From: Oopsacas minuta
Taxonomy: Eukaryota; Animalia; Porifera
Direction of reading: 5' to 3'
Length of the DNA stretch: 64,000 bases
Assembly: GCA_024704765.1 (NCBI GenBank)
Contig: JAKMXF010000299.1
Location: 434,001 to 498,000 of the forward strand
Under the pieces are notes generated by a model that had not been told where the DNA came from, made no database searches, and saw nothing but the letters and a program-made list of their open reading frames with translations. Made by a program: the position numbers and the translations under genes. Below are positions 53,778 through 64,000 of the stretch, in pieces. The number at the start of each line of letters is the position of its first letter. The first letter of the stretch is position 1.

Positions 53778-56700
53778 CTATTTGCTTAAGTTCTCATTTG
53801 AAAGAGAGGATTGGTCAATGAGAGATAAATTGGCTATCGTTGTGGGCATATTACTTGGGATAGTACTTATTGATTCAGAGTGATTGTGGATTGAACTAGT
53901 GTCCATGTAAGTTAGGGTGTCTGTGTGTTGTGGGTCGAGAAGTAGTGGAGGCACTATCTAGTGAAAGCAGGGATGTATATGAAATTTGTGCTGGAAATGT
54001 ATGCTTGTTGAAGCTCTCAACGGTTATATAAGGGTAACTGAGTATGTGGACTCAATTTCATAGCTTCAAGTTATATTATATGTAAATTTATTGTTGTTAT
54101 TATGAAAAATGTGAACAAATATTGAAATGTCTAAAATCTAGCAGAACCTTGGAAAAAGATCTCCAAGCAAGTGAAGTTTTACTGTACTAATGTAAACAAA
54201 TGAAAGATGCAAAATTTCTCAATAATACTTAAAATATTCCAAAATTTGCCAAATTTGGAGGAATTAAAATTTACATATAAATCTAAATTTAGAAAAACTT
54301 AGAAAATATTATTTGTGTGCAATTCTAGCTTATATATTGTTGATGATTTGTTTACTTTATGTCATGTAAATAATGAAAAAATGCTTACATTTACAAGCTA
54401 AATACAGGCTATATTCGTAAGTATAAAGGTGGAAGTATTAATTATTAGCTAATAATTATTTTGATGAATATTAATGATAAAATTGTGGTTTGATTCATTA
54501 CGCAAATGTAACCACCATTGAGGTATTCAGTCTTGAATAGTTTTACATAGAAAATAGCGATTCTCGTCAATTTAAACCGATAGTACACTAAATCACTTCT
54601 TTACAATATCTTTCCAATAAATACATATTTGATATGTAACAATTCGACGATAAAATATTTTAATAATTTCATGGAGTTCAACTTACCAATTCTGTTTCTT
54701 TTGGCTTGTCCACACGAGTAACTCGGAGCATTCCATGACCATTATGTCCTATTTTCTTTATAACTTCCATTCCGTCCTGTCTCACGAAGCAGCCCCCTCC
54801 CCCAGCACCCCTACCTCCTCCTCCTCCTGAGTAACCACCTCCCCCACCTCCCCCGAATGAGCCAATAGCTCCTCCTCCTCCAAATCCCCCGCACTCTCCT
54901 GACTCTCCTCCTAGAGACGATACAGGAACAAAGGAATGAATCAAATTCTCTGAATGAAACGTAACGCAAATCTATAGTATTAAATTAGCTTATTATTAAG
55001 ATTCCATCTAATAATTCATCAGAAATTGAAATACAAATTGGTTATGCAAATAAAATTCTATAATTCAGCATTTATATTTACCTTAGAATAAGCCCATCAT
55101 CTCAATAAGATCATATGCATAGGAAAAGCGTACGTTGATGTTTGTTTTATTGGAAAGTTCATATCAAGAGAGCTGCTGTAATTTGTATATAATACGTATA
55201 TGTAGCTTTGAATTGTACGAACTATGGATTCGAATTCGTAAATTAACTTTGCAAAAGTGATCGAGTCAGAATTCGAAAAGGACTGATATTTTAAAAACTA
55301 CTCACCTGATACAAATGAAAAACTTGTAGTAGCATTAGTATTGTAACCAGCTCCTCCATATCCAAATGAAGAATTCCTGAATATAGCATCTTTACCACAA
55401 CCACCAGCTGCTCCTCCCATAGCACATTCTTTACCAATACTACCTCCTCCTTCTTCCTATACAAAAGACACATAATTCATAATAATTCATAATAATATCA
55501 AGGTGAGTATTATAGCATTGCGTTGCTGTATTTACGGAAATTACCTCCAAGTTTCCAGGTTGTCCATCAGGATCATCCTCTTCATACCCTCTGGTACCTC
55601 CACCTCCACCAGCTATGATAAGAGGGTTCCTCCTTCCATTAATTGACACAAATGTTCCTCCAGCCCCTCCTGAACAACACCCTCTCTTCTGAGACATACC
55701 CCCGCATAAAATGTCCAAATAGTCATCTAAATACAAAAAGAATTTCAAACATTTTTAGAGAAATTAAGATATACGTAGTTTTACTCTACCTAGTCACTTC
55801 GTGTTTCTTCGTGTATACTGGCATGCATATTTTAAATAGTTATAGAAATATTTCCGTGCGTGAATACAAATCTTAAGAATAAGAAATGTCAGAACTACGG
55901 AACTTGTATCCACCAGGGAAAGGTGATAAATCTAAATAGATTTATACCAGCATAGGTGGCATGAATATACTTGAAAATAATGAAATTAGATTCTGTCATA
56001 CACACATCGTGCTAAGGGTATTTATAAATACCGGAAAATCCTCTCACTAGCAACTCGAGGAGTCCCTCAAGATAACATGAGTCAATCTATGTGTGGCACG
56101 AAATGCTATCAAAATTTGAGTTATTTAAAACGACTATTCGCATACGAGAATGAGTTCATTCCCTGGACTGATAATGATTGGATATGTATGCGAGATATAT
56201 CATATTCATTTGTGAATTTGCTACCTGATATCTGATACAAATATATACACAGCAATGAACACCTGTTCATTAACTAATTCGAGAAAAACGCTTCTCCCAC
56301 TGACATTATCACTTAGAAATAGACCACCCAACAACCACAGGGTGCTCAAGAAGTCCGGATATCAGTCGCAGCAAAGACAAATACTAATTCGAGGCAAAAT
56401 TCTTCCAAACTATCGTAATCGTGAATATAAAAGTACTTAGACAACAGTGAACGCCATATCATGAACTAATTGGATAAAATAATTCTCCCACTGCATAATA
56501 TAGCTTCAAAATAGATTGCTTCACATTCTTACATGCGAATAGTAATTTTTAAATATGCAAATTTTCGATGTCAGATAGTAAAGTGGCAGATACTATATAT
56601 ATATCAGTTATGGCACCAAAACAATATTTAATCTTAATTAATATTTGTATTTTTTGCATATTATTTTAGTATCCACAATCCTCAAGATAAATTTTTCCGG

Positions 56701-59700
56701 AACAAGGCAAATTTGCTTTCATAGAATAAATGAGAATAAAACGGAAATGAGTCGTTAATATTTGTTGTTATAAAAAGTCAAAACGTTAGTATTTTGCAAA
56801 TAACAATTCAATCTTAACTACATATAACGATATAACGATATAACGATATAACGATATAACGGTTCTTCAATTAGTGGATATAATCACTATAAAGTGAAAG
56901 CTATTGTTCATTATAACTATAGCTACTTAATAATCTATTCGGAATAACCAACAGCTGGTAATGCATTTGATAACTATTATATCGTCAAATGTATAATGAC
57001 ATAAAAAATTGGATAATGATTAATTAACTCACTCGCATTGAGAAGGAATGTAGCACATAATACAGCACCAGCTCCACCTAGTCTCATTTCTCCATCATCA
57101 GCTTTTGCCCCGAAACTCTCAAACCGATAATATCCTGAGTTAGGTATAACTGATTCCACGATCTCACCGCAATATGTAAACTCAAATGGGAAGTTAGAAT
57201 ATGTTGCAGAGAATGTATGCGACCACATTCCCCAGCCTGCAGCATTTTGAGAGCGAATCCTGAACCTTAATGTATATTCGCATAAAACAATATCATACGC
57301 ATTTATATAATAAAATCATAAGGATCTCGCGCGTGATAATACCCTATGAGATCATATGCTGACCATAACACGATTGCGCGACCATTCAATTACCCAACAT
57401 TAATTGCAGATTTAATGTTACTTAATAGTACTCTATTCTATGGGATTACACTACGATTCTAATTTAATGAAATTACGTAATAGTTTTATAAAGAACATGA
57501 AAGGAAACATAGCATGAGAATACATGTTATTTCGTAGTCACATGCTTGAGTTCACTAATTTAATTGTTACAAGACAATTGAGCGAAATAATGTAGAACTC
57601 GGGTAAGGCATACTTCTTTCAAACCATATCATAATTTCCCTTCATTTATGTAGTGCAATTCTTAGTATCATAAGTCGTACACTTGGATACTATGTACCAA
57701 CTTTTGTTTCCTGAAGGGATACATCTTATCCGAGTTCAACTATAGTACACATCCGTATCCATTTAAATGGCCGTATGAGATGGCCGGTTGGTTAGGCTGC
57801 AACTTGCAACAGTGAGTATGGAGAAAACTGAACCAATATTTCTGGGGTTTGCATAGAGTCTGAAGGTGAGTGATATCACCTACTTTCTCTTGATCCATAT
57901 TAGGATTCAGTGATTTATATTTTAGATACAAAATACTAAGAATCTTTTTAGTGTTAGAAAGTGAATTCATAACAATCTATCGCAATAATTTTATTACGCG
58001 TATCTTGAATCGTTTTTATCCAAATCACTATTACCATCACTTTATGTATTATCTGTTTTAGTGGTGAATTTAAGGCAAACACTTAAAGTGATTTCATCAT
58101 AGAATTATCAGAGCAGACTTTTTTTCACAGAATAGCAAATTACTGGTTTCACGTGTCATGGACAGATTGACGAGTTTTTTGAAATAACAACGAGTAATGA
58201 GCGACTTCATGACACAAAATACAACATACTGACGTCATATGAAAAGTCTGTGAATAAAGCACCTATCCTTTATATATTACAAAACGTGGGACAAGTCTAA
58301 TTTACAGAGATGATGCGTTACCTAATGTTTATGATAACATTTTGTATTACATTGGAGTTTGTTGTATATCAGCAAACTTTGGTTTTTGTTCTCAAACAGT
58401 TATTTATATGTAAAGTCACAAAGAGGTGCCAACCTTATTAGTACAAAATCTACACTTGGGACCTATGGGAAATTATCTCCATAGAAATCTCGGTTTAGTT
58501 CATCAACAAGGAAGGTGAATAATCAAGTAGTTGTGAGTTTGTATTCGAGGTAATATATAAATCAGAAATCGATTTGAATATAAAAGATAATCATATCCTA
58601 CCTGTAAGTACATCCAGGAGCTAATCCTATAATCCTAACACTAACTAGAGAACCATCATAGAACGTAACTTGACCATCTTCCTCCTTCAAGCAATGTTTC
58701 TCTTCCATTACAAGTTCTCTCTCTATTTCGTACTGTAGTACTTTCATGTCAGGAGGGTCCCATTGAATGTACAATGAACCTACAATGCATTATAACAAAT
58801 ATGAATACTTATAATAAGGGATTCCATAATCTAATCAGGATACTACAATACAATAATATGGATTTTCAGAAAGATGTCTGTTTGTGATAATAATATATAC
58901 TACATTGTAATTCTTATCAACATGTTTATTTTCAAATATATTCACGATATATAACTCAATCTACAATCATCACTATAAACTCAGGTTACATTGAAAAAGA
59001 ATTTTGTGCTTAAGTATATCAGTGTAGGATTGTACGTGTATCAGTTTGTTTGTATCGAATTGTATAAAAATGGTCATGAGAGACACTAACCATGATTATT
59101 AAAATACCATTAAGAAATGTCCAGGCGACGATGTGTACGATTACAGTTTGTATAAGTAAGACTAATCACCTTTAATATGCACAGCCTCGATATTTTTTGG
59201 TATAGGTCCTCCCCCTACTACACCAAAGTTCTCCACCAGCTGAATAAATGTAGTATCTAGATACACAGGAAGACCCGTGTTAGCTAGAGGCTTATGTAAA
59301 CCTTTATCTTCATCTCGTAGCGTCTCATCCAGCTTGTTAATCACTGAGTCACTGTTACGTAAGAACTCACTAGTGTCTTTCTGTAGGAGGACATTCGCAA
59401 AATCGATACACCTGTAAAAGCACAAATAATATCAATGGCTTAGGGATCATTTGAGTAGAATATTCCAAAAACAATTCGTGTAATCACATATTTAAACAAT
59501 TATAACATAACTAAAGATTATGCTTCCAAACAGTAAATATAACTTTACTAGTTTCCTAACTCACTTAGATATCCTGGTAGCAGCAACAGCAAGATGTTCC
59601 TGTTGATACTGTAGTCTAGCTGTTCTATTCTTCTCCTCTGTCTCTACCATACTGAGGAGAGCTGCTTGTCTCTTCTGTAACGCAGCCTCAAGAGCTCTAC

Positions 59701-61049
59701 ACTCTATACGAATACAGTCCATAGCTCTGTCTGCTGAAGGTCTTAGATCAGTTAGAATGCATTTTACCTGATACAACATAAGAATAATTAATTTGACATT
59801 CCAGGGAACGGTTGAGCCAATTGGGGTCATCCATTCTAATGGAGTTATACATCACTAATGATCTGAAAATTGTTTAAATGTGGACCCAAACCGTTTAAGT
59901 ATTTCATCGGGTCATATCAAAGTAATTATTGAGCTTCGAAGTAAAGGGAGTTAAAATTATATTTAATTTATGATTTTAAAGTTATATCAAATTCGATTGA
60001 TTGTATGTAATTACACTCACCTGCTCCATAGCACCCCTAATGGTGAATTGATATGCTTGTAGATGTCTCAGCTGTGATCTGAGTCTGTCTTTGTGAGAAG
60101 AAACTGCTTCCGGAATAGCTACAACATCTGACTCAGATATTCCAGATTCTTGTTTACAGATTACACATTTCAGAGATTTCTCAGACACACAATAGAATTC
60201 TAGTGGGTTGTTATGAGCAGCACATACTGGTCTAGCTTCATATTCTGTAGTAACACCGAGTGGTGTAGGATTGTGGAGCTCTGTAATACAAAGTAATAAT
60301 AAATTGAAATTGTATGTTGAAAGTATTGTTCAGTGTACAGTTGAAATAGGGTTTTTTTGTTCATTTGATTACACTGCCAAAGCAAAGGCTGTATATATTA
60401 GCTATAAATGTACCATTCAATTACTTTTGAAAGAACACTAAAATATGGGACAAATGAGTGGAACTAACTATAAATTGTCTACATCCTCAGAGAAACAAAA
60501 AAGTAAATAAGACAAAAATTCCGAATAAACAATTTATACAAAGATTTCAGGACAAATAACCAGATGACAAATAACGATATCTACTGTATGTGTAATAATT
60601 ATCTACATATAGAAAAAACACTCACTTGCGATTGGAGAAGGTCTATCATGCTCCACATTAGAACATCTCAAACAAAGTCTAAATCCATCAGGACCACAAT
60701 GTTCACAGTAAACTTGTGCTTCAGCCATTCTACAAGCCTCACAAAGAGGTACACGAGGTTTAGGTGTATAGTTATCCTGTTTCTCCAGTATTTCAAGAAT
60801 AGCATAGTTTATACGTAGTGATTGAGTACCAAATTCTACCTGTGTTTTTCTCATGCAAGCAGGACACTGTATATTTCCTATCTGTGATACTTCACCCATA
60901 CAGCGTGTACAAAATGTATGTCCACAGTCCAATATCCGAGGTTGTAGATCTCCTTCTACTTGATAAGGTTGATGACATACTCCGCATTCAAATGCTTTGA
61001 AACGTTTTGCGAAATTCACTGCATTTCCAACAGAATTGAATTCTGCCAT
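53778..61049 (-). CDS. TRIM-type E3 ligase: RING - B-box1 - B-box2 - coiled coil - FN3 - ALK/LTK-type glycine-rich domain, 10 exons, ~758 aa
   Basis: Phase-consistent exons 61049-60626 (alternative ATG 61070), 60280-60021, 59767-59565, 59411-59170, 58779-58602, 57265-57033, 55726-55545, 55456-55306, 54910-54687, 53957-53778. If exon 9 is not spliced, it stops at 54678. RING CGVC..CGHTFC..C..CPAC; B1 CEAC..CEHC..C..C..H; B2 CAAH..YC..C..C; FN3 WDPP..YEI..GLAPGCTYRFRIRSQNAAGWGMWS; then FTYCG..YYRFESFGA..NPLIIAGGGGG..GGFGGGG..GGGGGGYSGG..GHGMLRV. Confidence 0.88.
56133..56543. mobile_element. MITE (~410 bp) in TRIM intron 6
   Basis: 20-bp TIR ACTATTCGCATACGAGAATG / CATTCTTACATGCGAATAGT (17 of 20 matching). 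A second, inverted copy lies at 61145-61532. Confidence 0.8.
56823..56861. repeat. (TATAACGA)n microsatellite, ~5 copies
   Basis: Direct reading. Confidence 0.9.
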
Positions 61050-61144
61050 GATTGAGCTAAATAATTTCATATGTCGAGATATTAATACAATATATTTGAT
61101 GAGAAAATATATTTCTCCTACGAAAGGAAAAAGTATATTAAGGC

Positions 61145-61532
61145 CATGTATTTTGAAGCGATATTATATATTCGCAGTGGAAGAACGATTTTTATCGAAT
61201 TAGTTCATGATATGGCGTTCACTGTTGTATAAGTGCTTTTACATTCACGATTACGATAGTTGAGAAGGATTTTGCCTCGAATTAGTATTTACCTTTGCTG
61301 CGACTGATATCCGGACTTCTTGAGCACTCTGTGGTTGTTGGGTGGTCTATTCTAAGGGATAATGTCAGTGGGAGAAGCGTTTTTCTCGAATTAGTTAATG
61401 AACAGGTGTTCACTGCTGTACATGTGTGTATCAGATTTCAGGTAGCAAGTTCACAAATGAATTTATATATCTCGCATACATATCCAATCATTATCAGCCC
61501 AGCGAATGAACTCATTCTCTCATGCGAATAGT
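61145..61532. mobile_element. Truncated inverted copy of the 56133-56543 MITE, just upstream of the TRIM start codon
   Basis: Its reverse complement aligns by eye with 56133-56520 over ~390 bp at high identity. Only one TIR is visible (ending 61532). Confidence 0.8.
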
Positions 61533-62021
61533 AATTATATTACCTACTTATACTGGGGTAAACTCTCAGCGAATTTGATCTCATTTTTTGAGATATTTCT
61601 AGATATTTTCGGGTGGAATAGAGGCAATAACGTGAAATCCTGGGAAATTAGTGAAAAGGGGTTGGTAAGTATAATCATGAGCGTAGCTAGCATTGATGCA
61701 GAGGAGGCAATTGCCTCTCCATATCTTTATATTATAATCCCAAACTAATTGAGGCAAATATTCACCTATGCCATGCCTCCTCTCTCTAGAATCTCTAGTT
61801 ACGCCCCAGATAATAGTGTCCCGAAAGTTTGTGCAAGATTTTCTACCAAATTTCTGATAAAAATGAATTGTAAATTAATTAAAAGTGAAATCAAATCCGT
61901 AATTATTAACAGCTGTGTAGTATAACACATTACGTGGTAACAAGTTATTCATTACATATTTACTTACTGCGGTGTTTACATGGAAGAATGGGAGGGAATA
62001 ATTGAGTTACTGAATGAAAAA

Positions 62022-64000
62022 TTAATTATAAAATACGTCAGGATACTGACTAGATAGTTTACGATAGAAACTACGTAGATTGTTAGCAGCTCGTGAGATT
62101 GGTGAATTTGGTTTATTGTAAGTTGCACAATTTGTGAAGATAAGCTCCATGTCTTGATCAAATTCATTAGCAGATCGGTAGATATTTTGTGATATTTTAT
62201 CGCCAATAGTTTGGAGACACATTGGATGTTTTATTATCTGCGAATAGTCCGGTACATACCGATCCGATACCGGTTCTAGGAAGGGATCAGCCAAACGATG
62301 ATTTTGTACTTTTTCCAAAATTTCTTCACAAAGAACCATGGTAGCTACAATTTCGATTTTCTGCTTTTTACTTCGAGTCTTTTTCAGAGCAGGTTCATTA
62401 CGTTTTCTCTTTCCCGTAATGACAGTTTTACTTTCCTTCTTATTTCTTAATTTTTGTTTCTCACTTGAATCAGAGCTGTTTGAAGTTTCAGACGAATCAC
62501 TGCTTTCATTTGAGCTTTCTTCCTCACTACTCTCTGTATCAGAAGCACTAACTTTCTCAGTGTAAGCCCCTCTTGCTTTACGGGACTTTGGACGTACAGG
62601 GGAAGTAGGCTGACAATCTGGACAGAACCAGTCGGTTTTTGGTATGAACTTAAGTGGGGGTGTTAAGCAAAATGTGTGGTAACCTCGATCACACTTGTCA
62701 CAAAGTAGGAGGCAGTTTTCATCTTTACCTCTACGACATATCTTACAGCGAGCATTCATAAGAGATTTATTCCAAGCAATGGAATATTCTAGAACAGAGA
62801 GATGTAGAGCTATCTGAGATAGACTCGTGCATTTTGAGAGAGAACATCTCCAAGCTTTAGCGCAGCTATATTGAACGTCAGCTGTTTGTTTCTTTTTCCC
62901 CTGTAAAGTTATATTCGAATTTCCAAGAGGTTGTTTGAGATATTTCGAATCAATACCTTCCTGTAGATTCAATAAACACTTTGACATTTCATAAACAACT
63001 CCATAAACAAGTTTATCACTCTCAACAGTAGGATTTAGCCTTACATAAGGAGTTACGCCAAATGTATCATCTGGTAGAAGTTCTCCTGTTTCAGGGAGCT
63101 TAACCGTAGACCCTATAGCTGTCTTGCTAGGAGAGGTCAAAGGACAACCTCCCTTCATAAAATCTTCTCTCCACCCAGTACGGTTTACCTCTGACAATGC
63201 ACCGAATCCACTGGTATATACCTTCTCTTCCAAATCGAGAATTTGTTCCCGTAGTGCTAACTCTAAGTATTCAGAAGCTTGCTCTGTGTTAGCTACTAAT
63301 CTTGCTACAGGATTATCATTCTTATTATCCATGTCGTCACTTGGTGACGTCACATTTTCTTGAGTAATTTTCTCAATTCTATCGAATATAGCTGCTCTAT
63401 ATTTGTCAATATTTGCCAGTAAATGAGCTTCACGGATACCCCTCCTACTCAGAGATTGGTAGAAAGATTCTATTTCAGGTATGGTAGCGTAGCTTGACCA
63501 TTTCTTGATTTCTCCTTGAATATTGAAAGAACTGTTAATTTCAGGTTTATCATATGTTTCATTTGGTGATTGATCATTTATGGAAATCGGTATATCAACC
63601 ATTTGTTGTTGTTGTGAAATCGTATCTTCCTGATATGATTCTTCAGGCATATACAGTGTAACAACTTCAATAGGTCTCTCAAGTATGTATGCCTCATGAC
63701 TTAAGTCTGGTGGTAGGTTACAAATAGGATTTCCTATGTCCATATTCAAACTAGTTTGGTTTTCAATTGACATTTCAGAAACTATCTGAGAGGATTGAAA
63801 AATTGGTTCAGGTTGTTCAGGTTGTTCTAGAATATTCGATTCTATATTCTTATAGTGTAGCATTAGTTCATTGACTTCATCGGGTAATGCTATATCTTTA
63901 CTGGTCATAGGTTCAACGAATATGCCAGGTAGACATTGAAATAGCCAGTAACGAGTATGAAACCTGTCTCTACCCAGTATAACAGCTCTGAGACTTGCAT
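62022..64000 (-). CDS. BAZ1A: BAZ1A/ACF1-like chromatin-remodelling subunit, 3' part (WHIM2/3 - PHD - bromodomain); 5' end outside the window
   Basis: The frame is open to the window edge: [20 protein letters not shown] (WHIM2/WSD), [12 protein letters not shown] (WHIM3), [52 protein letters not shown], bromodomain [24 protein letters not shown]. Confidence 0.9.
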   Translation of the reverse strand, partial: ASLRAVILGRDRFHTRYWLFQCLPGIFVEPMTSKDIALPDEVNELMLHYKNIESNILEQPEQPEPIFQSSQIVSEMSIENQTSLNMDIGNPICNLPPDLSHEAYILERPIEVVTLYMPEESYQEDTISQQQQMVDIPISINDQSPNETYDKPEINSSFNIQGEIKKWSSYATIPEIESFYQSLSRRGIREAHLLANIDKYRAAIFDRIEKITQENVTSPSDDMDNKNDNPVARLVANTEQASEYLELALREQILDLEEKVYTSGFGALSEVNRTGWREDFMKGGCPLTSPSKTAIGSTVKLPETGELLPDDTFGVTPYVRLNPTVESDKLVYGVVYEMSKCLLNLQEGIDSKYLKQPLGNSNITLQGKKKQTADVQYSCAKAWRCSLSKCTSLSQIALHLSVLEYSIAWNKSLMNARCKICRRGKDENCLLLCDKCDRGYHTFCLTPPLKFIPKTDWFCPDCQPTSPVRPKSRKARGAYTEKVSASDTESSEEESSNESSDSSETSNSSDSSEKQKLRNKKESKTVITGKRKRNEPALKKTRSKKQKIEIVATMVLCEEILEKVQNHRLADPFLEPVSDRYVPDYSQIIKHPMCLQTIGDKISQNIYRSANEFDQDMELIFTNCATYNKPNSPISRAANNLRSFYRKLSSQYPDVFYN

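Noticed and set aside
54678-55748. Bacterial PE-PGRS-like or contaminant glycine-rich ORFs
   Set aside because: They are GT-AG exons in phase with the upstream TRIM exons and show ALK/LTK-type spacing, so they are host sequence.
57770-57875. Plus-strand donor-like sites (CAACA|GTGAGT, GAAG|GTGAGT) in TRIM intron 5, suggesting another nested gene
   Set aside because: No ORF or downstream exon chain could be built.
59162-61070. Treating the RING/B-box exons as the 5' end of the TRAF gene
   Set aside because: They splice in phase to the FN3/Gly-rich exons, which end at a stop (53778 or 54678), and TRAF has its own RING.

Overview
AT-rich, compact animal genomic DNA, not prokaryotic: GT-AG introns, many MITEs, no CRISPR, rRNA or tRNA seen. 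The lineage is inferred and untested: an early-branching metazoan, most plausibly a glass sponge (Hexactinellida). I traced ten protein-coding genes by hand. On the + strand: intronless TSC2/tuberin; 24-exon RASA1/p120-RasGAP, with an intronless sugar-porter (MFS) gene nested on the SAME strand in one intron; 5-exon Rac1; an Axin (RGS, GSK3-binding helix, DIX); and intronless DDX6. On the - strand, converging with these: a TRAF (RING, Zn fingers, coiled coil, MATH) with an intronless NHL-propeller gene nested antisense in an intron; a 10-exon TRIM; and the 3' part of BAZ1A/ACF1, cut by the window edge. The most unusual observations are: (1) the TRIM reads in frame RING-Bbox1-Bbox2-coiled coil-FN3 into an ALK/LTK-type glycine-rich domain, where a SPRY domain would be expected; (2) two unrelated near-perfect foldback elements, each with an 8-bp target duplication and a pogo/Tigger-like MITE sitting exactly at the central TA; (3) all-or-none intron loss, nested genes, unpaired splice acceptors just before start codons and co-directional gene runs, which together suggest trans-splicing or polycistronic transcription. 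Exon coordinates come from manual reading and phase checks, with no transcript data.
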